From contig OY764216.1 in the NCBI GenBank assembly GCA_963668315.1, forward strand, positions 352,001-416,000: DNA of 64,000 nt, given 5' to 3'. Positions 26,385-35,088 of the stretch are shown piece by piece. The notes below the pieces were generated by a model, which saw only the letters and a list, made by a program, of their open reading frames with translations, was not told the DNA's origin and made no database searches. Position numbers and translations under genes: made by a program. This DNA comes from Spirochaetia bacterium. GTDB lineage: Bacteria > Spirochaetota > Spirochaetia > DSM-2461. The number at the start of each line of letters is the position of its first letter. Position 1 is the first letter of the stretch.

Positions 26385-27088
26385 ATCTCGGAACCTCCCT
26401 TACGGGGCTCGCCGGTAACGGGCCTTTCGGGGCGGACCGGCCGGGACGCCGCCTGCCTCTGAGCGGTACGCCGTGATTCGGCGGCACCGGCATCCTTGAG
26501 CAGGAGAATCATGTCGTTTACCTGATTCTCCATCTTTACGAGGATATTATTGATTTTCGTCACGAAAAAATTGTAGAAGATGACAGCCGGAATGGAGACG
26601 ATTAAACCGGCGGCCGTGGTGATAAGCGCTTCGGAAATACCCCGGGCCAGAACGGAAGGATCACTGACCGAACCGAAAGACCCCAGAACCCCGAAGGCAT
26701 TGATATTACCGGTTACCGTACCCAGAAGCCCCAGAAGAGGGGAAATGTGGGCGATAGTTCCCAGATTGGACAGATTTTTCTCGAGCAGAGGAGTCTGCTG
26801 GCTGGCAGCGTCCTTCAGGGTTTCCTTGAGGGCATAGGGCTCTTCCTCCCTGTGCTCAATCGCAGCTTTCATGATCCCCGTGATGGGAGAGAGATTGCTT
26901 TCGCACATGAACAGGGCTTCGTCGAAATGCCCCTTTTCCAGGGCCGCCTTGACGCGCAGGAACAGCTTCTCCTCATCAACCTTGATTTTTCTCAGGTAAA
27001 GAATACGCTCGATAATGATGACAAGGGCCAAAAATGACAGGCCTATGATGATCCATAAAATAGGGCCGCCCTTCTGCAGCAAATCCAT
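26381..27088 (-). CDS. exbB: MotA/TolQ/ExbB proton channel protein
   Basis: 'PLLGLLGTVTG', 'GISEALITTAAGLIVSIPA'; GAGGAGG RBS before ATG 27088. Confidence 0.9.
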   Translation of the reverse strand: MDLLQKGGPILWIIIGLSFLALVIIIERILYLRKIKVDEEKLFLRVKAALEKGHFDEALFMCESNLSPITGIMKAAIEHREEEPYALKETLKDAASQQTPLLEKNLSNLGTIAHISPLLGLLGTVTGNINAFGVLGSFGSVSDPSVLARGISEALITTAAGLIVSIPAVIFYNFFVTKINNILVKMENQVNDMILLLKDAGAAESRRTAQRQAASRPVRPERPVTGEPRKGGSEI

Positions 27089-27106
27089 GGAAACCTCCTC
27101 AAATGG

Positions 27107-27137
27107 AAAATCGGGCCGCCCGGAAGGAACGGGCCGA
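27107..27137 (-). terminator. Hairpin plus T-tract between corA and exbB
   Basis: Minus strand TCGGCCCGTTC-CTTCC-GGGCGGCCCGA-TTTT. Confidence 0.5.
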
Positions 27138-27194
27138 TCCACTAAACTAAGATAGCACAGTTTAACCAGGGAAACAATATGGCCTATCTCAAGG

Positions 27195-28259
27195 TTACAG
27201 CCATTTCTTCCTTTTAAACACAAACAGCATGGCGCCGGCCAGGGCGAGAATAATCCCCCACAGCATAAGGTAGCCATACCGGAAATGAAGCTCCGGAATA
27301 TAATCAAAGTTGGTCCCGTATATTCCTGCAATAAAGGTAAGGGGGATGAAAATAACGGAGAAGATGGTCAGGATCTTCATGATATCATTCAGCCGGTTTC
27401 CGATGAGGGAATTATATGTATCGAGCTGCTCCGACAGCATTTCCCGGTAGGTATCGATTGCTTCGGAAACCTGCCGTATATTCGCAAAAAGATCATTGAT
27501 GAAAGGTTCAGTGCTCTCCCGGATGAGGGGATTTTCGCATTTGGTCAGGAACTGAACGGCCTCGATGACGGGTCTGATCGTTTTTCTCAGATAGATAATC
27601 TCCCGCTTCAGCATGATGATTCTTTCCATAACTTCAGGAGTGGCATTAACCAGAAGCGCCTCTTCGTTATTTTCGATCTGTTCCCCGATTCTCTCGACGA
27701 TTGAGATATAATTATCGATAATGGAATCCATCATGCAGTAAGCCAGATAATCCAGACCGGCGGTCCTGATCCTTCCTTTTCCCGCCCGTAATCTTTCCCT
27801 TATCGGATCAAAGACATCCCCGGGATACTCCTGAAAGGTAAGAAGTATGTCATCCCTGAGTATCATACTGAACTGTTCCGACATGACTTTCTTATCCGAT
27901 TCGCTGTAGCGGAGCATCTTCAGGACGAAAAATATCCCCCCCTCAATCTCCTCTATCTTGGGCCTGAGGGCCGTATTCACGATATCCGCCATGACAAGAG
28001 GATGAAGTTCAAAACGCTCTTCTATTCTGTCCATCCGGTTTAAATCATGAAGTCCGTCGAAATTCAGCCAGAGGCTTGTGGAGGGATTTTCAAGATCCTT
28101 ATCGGCGGGAAGATCGCTCCATACATCTTCGCGTATCCCCTTCTCGCTGTAATCTATCAGAGAGGTCCTGATCTCTTCCTTGTCATGGGAGCCGATAAAG
28201 ACAAGCTCCCCCGGTTTTCTGCCCAGTCCCTGAGTCCTGCTTTTGAAATATCTCGCCAT
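27195..28259 (-). CDS. corA: Magnesium/cobalt transporter CorA
   Basis: 'LHPLVMADI..RPK.E', 'GLDYLAY', 'N.IMKILT..FIPLTFIAGIYGTNF..PEL', C-terminal 'KRKKWL'. Confidence 0.92.
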   Translation of the reverse strand: MARYFKSRTQGLGRKPGELVFIGSHDKEEIRTSLIDYSEKGIREDVWSDLPADKDLENPSTSLWLNFDGLHDLNRMDRIEERFELHPLVMADIVNTALRPKIEEIEGGIFFVLKMLRYSESDKKVMSEQFSMILRDDILLTFQEYPGDVFDPIRERLRAGKGRIRTAGLDYLAYCMMDSIIDNYISIVERIGEQIENNEEALLVNATPEVMERIIMLKREIIYLRKTIRPVIEAVQFLTKCENPLIRESTEPFINDLFANIRQVSEAIDTYREMLSEQLDTYNSLIGNRLNDIMKILTIFSVIFIPLTFIAGIYGTNFDYIPELHFRYGYLMLWGIILALAGAMLFVFKRKKWL

Positions 28260-28275
28260 GATAATCCCTCCTTCA

Positions 28276-29598
28276 CTAGGGAACGGGCGGAGCGGAGAAG
28301 TTTCTTAATCCGTCCGAGCGGGAAAGGTGAACCCAGTCCTCCCCGTAAGTATGGAGGAAGACTTCCAGAGAGGTCCATTCCCCCGATTGAAAAACGTCGC
28401 AGATAAAATCCCCCTCCCCGGAAAAACGGGGAACAAAAAGGGCTGTATGGAAATACTGCCACAGGGTGACGCTCTCTCCTTCGGGAAGCCAGGGGGAACT
28501 CACGGCGCCCCAGTATATACGCCCCGGGCGGTCCACGGCCAGAAGATAAAGAATCGTATCAAGATCTTCCGCCGGATAGCCCACATCGGCTTTATAATCA
28601 TAAAAGGGAACCCTGTCCACATCCATCTCGCCGTAATCCGTATCGATTCCCGTAAAGGCCTTTCGCAGCCGGCTGGCAATATTCCTGGTCCAGTCCAGTC
28701 CGAATCGGGGATCGCGGTAGCCGAAATTTCTGTCCCAGGAACTCTCTTTATCCCGCCAGGTTTCGGGCAGGTATAACAGATCGGCAAATGTCAGATAATT
28801 TCCCTCTCCGTAGGGGGCTTTGGCATAGAAGCCGTCGGCCACCCACTTGAGAAATCCGGAGCAATTGACCCCGACCGGCTGGACGGTCTGCGGCAGACCG
28901 GTCTCGATATAGACCCAGTCACCCTGTTCATCCATAGCCCCGTCATCGGCGTAATCCAGCCGGGCTGTTCCCTTCTCCAGTTCGAAACTCAGATTCCCCA
29001 ATATCCGCCACTCTTCATAGGAGCAGTCTGTGAGCAGACCGTTCCAGTCAATAATATTTTCCGTTATGGAAAGAATCCGGGCGAAGGGACTTAAGACCAG
29101 CTCGTCAAAGGCGACGGAAAGGGGGATGTTTTCATAGATGCGGCGGCCGTACAGATAAATATCCAGGTAGGAGCGTCCTTCGCCGGGAAACAGGCGGACA
29201 AAGGTATCCGCATCGTTCTGAAGAAAGATCTTTGCCTGAACAAAATCCCCCGTCCTGATATCTCTCTTAATGACCCAGTTTCCCCGGCCCATGGTGGGGA
29301 ACTTCCCGTCACGCTCGTTGAGAAAGAGCATATAGAAGGACGTTTCCGCCCTTCGAAGCTCAAACTTCACATCCCTTTCCGACACGACCTGACCGGAGAC
29401 AGCAGCGGGAACATGCATAACCGTATAGTAGGGGGCCATGATGCTTTCGGAGTATTTTTGGCGGATTTCCCAGTTCTCCGTGAAACCTGCCTGCGTCAGT
29501 TTCTCCTCATATTCATCCAGGGAAGACTGCGCTCCCAGGGAAAAAAAAGCCAGAAGAGTCAGCAGGACAGGCAGCAGGGGAAATCCCTTCACGGTCAA
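28276..29598 (-). CDS. Exported hypothetical protein with NlpC/P60-like Cys/His motifs
   Basis: Signal peptide; 'GVNCSGFLKWV' and 'FHTALF'; start overlaps der stop. Confidence 0.7.
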   Translation of the reverse strand: MTVKGFPLLPVLLTLLAFFSLGAQSSLDEYEEKLTQAGFTENWEIRQKYSESIMAPYYTVMHVPAAVSGQVVSERDVKFELRRAETSFYMLFLNERDGKFPTMGRGNWVIKRDIRTGDFVQAKIFLQNDADTFVRLFPGEGRSYLDIYLYGRRIYENIPLSVAFDELVLSPFARILSITENIIDWNGLLTDCSYEEWRILGNLSFELEKGTARLDYADDGAMDEQGDWVYIETGLPQTVQPVGVNCSGFLKWVADGFYAKAPYGEGNYLTFADLLYLPETWRDKESSWDRNFGYRDPRFGLDWTRNIASRLRKAFTGIDTDYGEMDVDRVPFYDYKADVGYPAEDLDTILYLLAVDRPGRIYWGAVSSPWLPEGESVTLWQYFHTALFVPRFSGEGDFICDVFQSGEWTSLEVFLHTYGEDWVHLSRSDGLRNFSAPPVP

Positions 29599-30947
29599 TA
29601 CTCCTTTTTCGCGCTCTGCTTCAATTCCATCTCAATGGGAACTGAAGAGAACCGAAACTCCTTGCGGATCTGATTCTGAATATAGCGCGTATAGGACTCG
29701 GGGAAGCTCTCCTTCCTGTTCACAAAAAGCAGGAAATGGGGAGGCGCCGTATCAACCTGTGTCAGATATTTCACCTTCAGAGCTCTTCCCGAAACATAGG
29801 GAAGGGGATTGTAATCCACCCACTCCCTGAGGGCCTCATTGAGCTGGGCGGTGTTGATGCGCTGATTCATCTGCTTCTGAACGGACACAACGGCATTGAG
29901 AAGGGCATCGAGATTCGTGCCGTCCTTCGCCGAGATATTCACCAGGGGAGCAAAGGACAGAACCGGGAAGAGAAAGCGGACCTTATCCTCCAGTTCTTCA
30001 ATCCTCTCCTTGTCGCCTTTCATTTCATCGATCTTGTTCAGGGCCATGACAACACCGGTCCCTTTTTTCACGATCTGGGCGGTGATTTTCTTATCCTGCT
30101 CGGTAAGGCCTTCCAGGGAATCCATAAGAAGAACGACCACATCGGCTTCCTCGATGGTTTTCAGGGCTCTGTTGACCGAGTAATACTCAACATTCTCCTT
30201 AACCATCTTCTTGCGGCGGATTCCCGCGGTGTCTATCAGACGCACGCTTTTGCCCTTATACCGGAAATACCCGTCGATAATGTCACGGGTCGTACCGGCG
30301 ATGGGAGAAACGAGAGCTCGCTCATCCTTCAGAAGACGGTTGAGCAGGGTCGATTTTCCCGCATTGGGCTTTCCCAGTATGGCGATAGTCAGATCGGGAA
30401 TGATCTCGGCCCTTTCCTTGCCCTCCTTGGCCAGCTCGTTAAGCCGCTTGACCATGGTCTCTTTCAGTTCGGCCAGATTTCTGTTGTGGGCGGCGGAGAC
30501 ACCGATGACATGCTCGAATCCAAGGGAATAGAATTCCCAGACCAGGGGCTCCTTCTCGGGAGTATCCACCTTATTCACCACAATGATAAGCCGATCCGTG
30601 TAGGGACGGACCATCTTGACCATGGCTTCGTCTTCGGCGGTCATTTCACCCGCCTCCAGTACGAGCAGTATCAGGGAAGCCCTGTCCAGCTGCTCCACGC
30701 TGCGTTCCGCCACGATGCTGTCAAAACGGTCATCCCGCTCCAGTTTATAGCCACCCGTATCAACGAGCAGCACATCCTTACCGGCGACGGTACAAGCTTC
30801 CTCTATCGCATCCCTCGTCACACCGGGGGTCGGATCCGTTATGGATCTTCTTTTTCCGTACAGCCGGTTGAAAAGGGTTGATTTCCCCACATTGGGTCTG
30901 CCGACTACAGCGACGACCGGTAGGGTTCTGTTATCCTGAATTGCCAA
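29595..30947 (-). CDS. der: Ribosome biogenesis GTPase Der (EngA)
   Basis: Two GTPase domains (GRPNVGKST/DTGG/NKVD; GKPNAGKST/DTAG/NKID) and KH-like C-terminus. Confidence 0.96.
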   Translation of the reverse strand: MAIQDNRTLPVVAVVGRPNVGKSTLFNRLYGKRRSITDPTPGVTRDAIEEACTVAGKDVLLVDTGGYKLERDDRFDSIVAERSVEQLDRASLILLVLEAGEMTAEDEAMVKMVRPYTDRLIIVVNKVDTPEKEPLVWEFYSLGFEHVIGVSAAHNRNLAELKETMVKRLNELAKEGKERAEIIPDLTIAILGKPNAGKSTLLNRLLKDERALVSPIAGTTRDIIDGYFRYKGKSVRLIDTAGIRRKKMVKENVEYYSVNRALKTIEEADVVVLLMDSLEGLTEQDKKITAQIVKKGTGVVMALNKIDEMKGDKERIEELEDKVRFLFPVLSFAPLVNISAKDGTNLDALLNAVVSVQKQMNQRINTAQLNEALREWVDYNPLPYVSGRALKVKYLTQVDTAPPHFLLFVNRKESFPESYTRYIQNQIRKEFRFSSVPIEMELKQSAKKEY

Positions 30948-32667
30948 ATCTTTTCTCCATCCAGAGCCGGGTAAAATCGTTAATTTCTTTGTATGAGTGC
31001 ATTTCGAGTATCATACCCAGCAGTTCTTCCGACTCCGTAATGGATACGGACCGGATAATTTTCTTAATCTCCGGCAAACTATAAGCGCTCATACTGATTT
31101 CGTCCAGCCCTAAGCCCAGCAGAATCGCCGTATAAAGCGGCTCTCCTCCCATCTCACCGCATAGACTGACCGGAATGCCGTGCTTATGGGCGTTCTGAAC
31201 CACCATGTGTATCATACGGATCAGACCCGGATGAAGGGGCTGATACATGTGAGCGACCTTTTCATTACCCCGGTCTATCGCAATGGAGTACTGAATCAGG
31301 TCATTCGTTCCGATGGAGAGAAAATCCGCCTTCTCCGCCAGAATATCCGATGTCATGGCCGCCGAGGGCACTTCAATCATGAGCCCGATAGGAAGGGATC
31401 CGTTAAAGGGAATGCCCTCTTCGGTCAGCTCTTTCTTAACCTCATCCACACGGTGCAGGGCTTCTTCGAACTCCTCTATGCCAGATATCATGGGAAACAT
31501 GATTTTCAGATTACCGTAGTGGGACGCTCTGAGAAGGGCCCTTATCTGGGTGTGGAAGATATCCTTTTTTTCCAGGCAGAAGCGGATGGCCCGCCAGCCG
31601 AGAAGCGGATTGGATTCGTTCATAGACTCTATCTCGGAAATGAGCTTGTCACCCCCTACATCCAGAGTCCTTATGGTTACCGATCTGTCCCCCATGGATT
31701 CAAGGACTTCCCGGTAGGCCTGAAACTGAGCCTCCTCGCTCGCCGTTTCCCGGCGGTTCATAAAGAGGAATTCGCTTCGGAAGAGCCCGACCCCTTCGGC
31801 GTTCATGTTCAGTACCTGATCGGTCTCGGCGGGAAATTCAATATTGGCATTCAGGCGGATGAGCTTCCCGTCGGTCGTTTCGGCGGGAAGATCGGTGATG
31901 TTGAAAAGCTGGGACTCCTTCTTCTCAAAGAGGGTTCGCTTGTTTCTGTAAAGCCCCAGGGTGTGCTCATCCGGGTCAATGATGACCAGCCCTTCGATTC
32001 CGTCCGCGATGATATTCTGTTCGGAACAGACTTCCTTGGTAATGGATTTAAGGCCGACGATGGCGGGGAAACCGAAGGAACGGGCCAGAATAGCCGTATG
32101 GGATGTTTTTCCCCCCACATCCATAATGACGCCCAGGATCTTTCGCCGGTCCAGCTGAAGCATCTCCGTGGCCAGAAGATTATGAGCGACAAGGACCACT
32201 TCCCTGTCGACCTGTCCCAGTGTTATTCTCTTACGGGATAAAAGGTGATCAATAATACGGCGAGAGGAATCCAGAATGTCGGAAGACCTCTCCCTTAAAT
32301 AGGAGTCCTGTGTCGCTTCCAGCTGTTCGACCAGAGAGTTGACCGTTTCCTGAAGAACCCATTCCACATTCTTCAGTTCCTTTTCGATTCTCTCGTGGGC
32401 GAGTTCATTAAAACAGGGATCATAAAGCATCAGCGCATGGGCTTCCAGTAGGGCATGCTGATCCCGGGCATCCTTATCCAGGGATTCCTTGATGAGCTGT
32501 ATCTCCTCGGCCGCTTTTGACACGGCCAGCTTCAGTCTGGCTACTTCGCTTTCCACATCTTCCGCGGTTACGTGAAACCGTGGTATAGCAGTGGGAGATT
32601 CATTGTATAAGAGGACTTTGCCTATGGCTATCCCCGGGGAAGCGGGAATACCTTTTATTGTCTTCAC
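30931..32667 (-). CDS. ptsI: Phosphoenolpyruvate-protein phosphotransferase (PTS enzyme I)
   Basis: 'GIPASPGIAIG', phospho-His 'TSHTAILAR', 'GLFRSEF', 'IGTNDL', 'CGEM'; GTG 32667 (or ATG 32670) start. Confidence 0.95.
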   Translation of the reverse strand: MKTIKGIPASPGIAIGKVLLYNESPTAIPRFHVTAEDVESEVARLKLAVSKAAEEIQLIKESLDKDARDQHALLEAHALMLYDPCFNELAHERIEKELKNVEWVLQETVNSLVEQLEATQDSYLRERSSDILDSSRRIIDHLLSRKRITLGQVDREVVLVAHNLLATEMLQLDRRKILGVIMDVGGKTSHTAILARSFGFPAIVGLKSITKEVCSEQNIIADGIEGLVIIDPDEHTLGLYRNKRTLFEKKESQLFNITDLPAETTDGKLIRLNANIEFPAETDQVLNMNAEGVGLFRSEFLFMNRRETASEEAQFQAYREVLESMGDRSVTIRTLDVGGDKLISEIESMNESNPLLGWRAIRFCLEKKDIFHTQIRALLRASHYGNLKIMFPMISGIEEFEEALHRVDEVKKELTEEGIPFNGSLPIGLMIEVPSAAMTSDILAEKADFLSIGTNDLIQYSIAIDRGNEKVAHMYQPLHPGLIRMIHMVVQNAHKHGIPVSLCGEMGGEPLYTAILLGLGLDEISMSAYSLPEIKKIIRSVSITESEELLGMILEMHSYKEINDFTRLWMEKRFGNSG

Positions 32668-32674
32668 CATCATT

Positions 32675-32725
32675 ATAATAGCCCATGGGCATCCCATTGT
32701 CAAATGAGAAAAAAGGGGCTATCAT
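32675..32725. promoter_or_regulatory. Divergent promoter pair sharing the TTGTCAA -35 palindrome
   Basis: Minus: TTGACA(32703-32698)-17-TATTAT(32680-32675); plus: TTGTCA(32697-32702)-17-TATCAT(32720-32725). Confidence 0.65.
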
Positions 32726-32732
32726 TCTCTCA

Positions 32733-33500
32733 ATGACCAAAAAAATCATCGATCCTTCCCTTAAAAAAAAGTACACCGCCCGGACCGGCAAGGACGGGGA
32801 AAAGGGAAAATCCGGAAGAAACCTCGGTCTTCTGTCCCTCTTTTTCGTACTGCTCTCCCTCGTCCTCATCGTGGGCAAGCTGACCCTGGAAGGCAAGCTG
32901 GCTTCCGATCCACCGAAAAGTCCTTCTTCCCTTCCCACGGTCACCAGGACGGAGATCGAGCGGGAAACGCCGAAGACAGTCCTGCTGCCCGAACCGGAAG
33001 CCCCCGCACTGTCCACCGAATCCCTTCCCACAGAAGAACCGCCTCGGGAGGAACCCCAGCCCGAAGCGGTTCCCCTTAAGGAGTATCAGAGCCGGCTTTT
33101 CTTTTTGAAGATCAATGACGAAGGTCAGATCCTCCTCAAAAGCATTATGCGGAATATTCAGTACGACGAAGGCCTTCTTGCCGCCACTCTGAACGCGCTT
33201 CTGGCCGGACCTTCCCAGGAAGATCTGATGAAGGGATATTTCACCCTCATTCCCAGCGATACGGTTATCAATAAAATATCCCTGAAGGACGGAATCGCCT
33301 GGATAGACGTGAACGAGTCATTCCGGTATAACCACCTCGGCTTTGAGGGATATCAGGCGCAGCTTAAGCAGCTGGTGTATTCCGCTACGGAATTCTCCTC
33401 TGTTCAGGGGGTCAGGATAACCATAAACGGCATGGAAGAAGATTTTTTGAATGCCGAAGGGATCAGTATCGGCGACGTCCTCACAAGAGAATCATTCTAA
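32733..33500 (+). CDS. GerMN domain-containing membrane-anchored protein
   Basis: One TM, Pro-rich linker, 'LLAGPS..GY.TLIP..T', 'QLVYSATEFSSV.GVRI.ING'. Confidence 0.85.
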   Translation: MTKKIIDPSLKKKYTARTGKDGEKGKSGRNLGLLSLFFVLLSLVLIVGKLTLEGKLASDPPKSPSSLPTVTRTEIERETPKTVLLPEPEAPALSTESLPTEEPPREEPQPEAVPLKEYQSRLFFLKINDEGQILLKSIMRNIQYDEGLLAATLNALLAGPSQEDLMKGYFTLIPSDTVINKISLKDGIAWIDVNESFRYNHLGFEGYQAQLKQLVYSATEFSSVQGVRITINGMEEDFLNAEGISIGDVLTRESF

Positions 33501-33508
33501 GAGGGGAC

Positions 33509-34288
33509 TCACTCCCCCAGTGCCCGGCTGATCATATTTTCAATCGTATCAAGACTTTCGGTAAGAGGCTTCGAGACAGGTTCTATCAGGGCGAGAAACT
33601 CCTGATTTCCCCCTTTCTTACCTTTAATCTGTGAAGGAGTCAGCTTTAATACCCTCAGCTCCTCCTCCTCAAGCGCCCGGGCAACATCCATAAGAACAGA
33701 ACGAATCTTATCGGGATCATCGACAACACCGTTGAAGTCCTCGCTGTTTTCGATCTCAAACTGAGGTTTTATCAGGGCAATAAGCCGTTTTTGAGTGGTG
33801 AGGCCGATTATTTTTGAGGCCGCCCCTCTGATGGATCGGAACGAAAGATCGGCCACTCCCATGTGGGGAGCAGGCTCCAGATCCTCCACATCCATGATAT
33901 TGCATTTTTCACGGGAGAGAACCCGCGTATCGCTTCTCAGGGAATAATCGAGCTGATTGTAGCCAACGTCCACGGCATAAACGAGACTGGCTCCCCTCTG
34001 CAGGAGGCAATCGGTAAATCCCCCCGTGGAAGCCCCGGCATCAAGAAATATTTTTTTCCGGCAGTCTATACCCCATTCTTCCAGCGCCCCGTCCAGTTTA
34101 TATCCGCCCCGGGAAACAAACTTTTTCAATCTGATTTCTATATCCGACCGGCTGTCCACTTTTCGGGCGGTATCCCGGATTTTCTCCCCATCGCAGAAAA
34201 CATTACCGCAAAGGACATAGGCATAAAGCTCACCTTCTTTTTTTTGGGGATAACGTTCTTTCAACAGGCTCAGAAGGGGTTTTTTCAA
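33509..34288 (-). CDS. tlyA: TlyA family rRNA 2'-O-methyltransferase
   Basis: S4-like N-terminus, 'FVSRGGYKL', 'LDAGASTGGFTDCLLQ', 'DLSF', 'LIKPQFE'. Confidence 0.92.
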   Translation of the reverse strand: MKKPLLSLLKERYPQKKEGELYAYVLCGNVFCDGEKIRDTARKVDSRSDIEIRLKKFVSRGGYKLDGALEEWGIDCRKKIFLDAGASTGGFTDCLLQRGASLVYAVDVGYNQLDYSLRSDTRVLSREKCNIMDVEDLEPAPHMGVADLSFRSIRGAASKIIGLTTQKRLIALIKPQFEIENSEDFNGVVDDPDKIRSVLMDVARALEEEELRVLKLTPSQIKGKKGGNQEFLALIEPVSKPLTESLDTIENMISRALGE

Positions 34289-34292
34289 TAGA

Positions 34293-35075
34293 TCAGATCC
34301 TTATTCTTTCGATTTTCACGGTCTGCCCCGTGTCCCCGTCCAGGGTAATAAAAACACCGCACAGCTGTGTCACTCCGTCCACGATCTCGCTTTTCAGGGG
34401 CATCTGCGTCTGGGCCCGCTTCACGGATAATTCGGGGTCTGTTCCAATAACACTGTTCTTAACTCCGATACAGCCGATATCCGTAATATAGGAGGTCCCC
34501 TTTTCCCAAATCCTTTCATCCGCTGTCTGCACATGGGTGTGTGTACCCACCACAGCCGAAACCTCACCGTCAAGATAAGCGGCCAGAGACTCCTTCTCCG
34601 CCGGGTCTTCGGCGTGAAAATCCACAATGATATTTTTTGTTTCCCGCTGCAGGACAGGAAGAAGTTTCTTCATAACCGTGAAGGGGGAGTCCACATGGCT
34701 TCCCATGCGCACACGGCCCTGGATGTTCACAAAGGCGAGCTTTCTGTCACCTTCTCCTGCGATACAGTAACCGTGCCCGGGAACGCCGGAAGGATAATTC
34801 TCCGGCCGGAGCAGATGATCGAACTTATCCAGATAGGGCAGGATTTCCCGTTTCTGCCAGATATGATTCCCCGAGGAGATGATATCAACGCCCCGGGCAA
34901 AAAATAGGTCTACCTGTTCAGGGGTTATGCCGAATCCATCGGCGGCGTTTTCCCCGTTCACGGCGATAAAATCAGGATGATACTCTTTTCTCAGTCCGTC
35001 AAGACTGAAAAAAAGAGCCCTGCATCCCGGCTGTCCTACGACATCACCGAGAATCAGAACTCTTATTTCTTTCAT
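34293..35075 (-). CDS. YmdB-like (TIGR00282) metallophosphoesterase
   Basis: 'GDVVG', 'NGENAA.GFG', 'GNHIW', 'DFHAE', 'GTHTHVQTAD'; conserved position after rny. Confidence 0.92.
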   Translation of the reverse strand: MKEIRVLILGDVVGQPGCRALFFSLDGLRKEYHPDFIAVNGENAADGFGITPEQVDLFFARGVDIISSGNHIWQKREILPYLDKFDHLLRPENYPSGVPGHGYCIAGEGDRKLAFVNIQGRVRMGSHVDSPFTVMKKLLPVLQRETKNIIVDFHAEDPAEKESLAAYLDGEVSAVVGTHTHVQTADERIWEKGTSYITDIGCIGVKNSVIGTDPELSVKRAQTQMPLKSEIVDGVTQLCGVFITLDGDTGQTVKIERIRI

Positions 35076-35088
35076 AGGATGGTCCTAT

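Noticed and set aside
25977..27088. MotA/MotB-like pair as Zorya ZorAB or flagellar stator
   Set aside because: The second gene is ExbD-type without an OmpA-like domain and is followed by a TonB-like gene.
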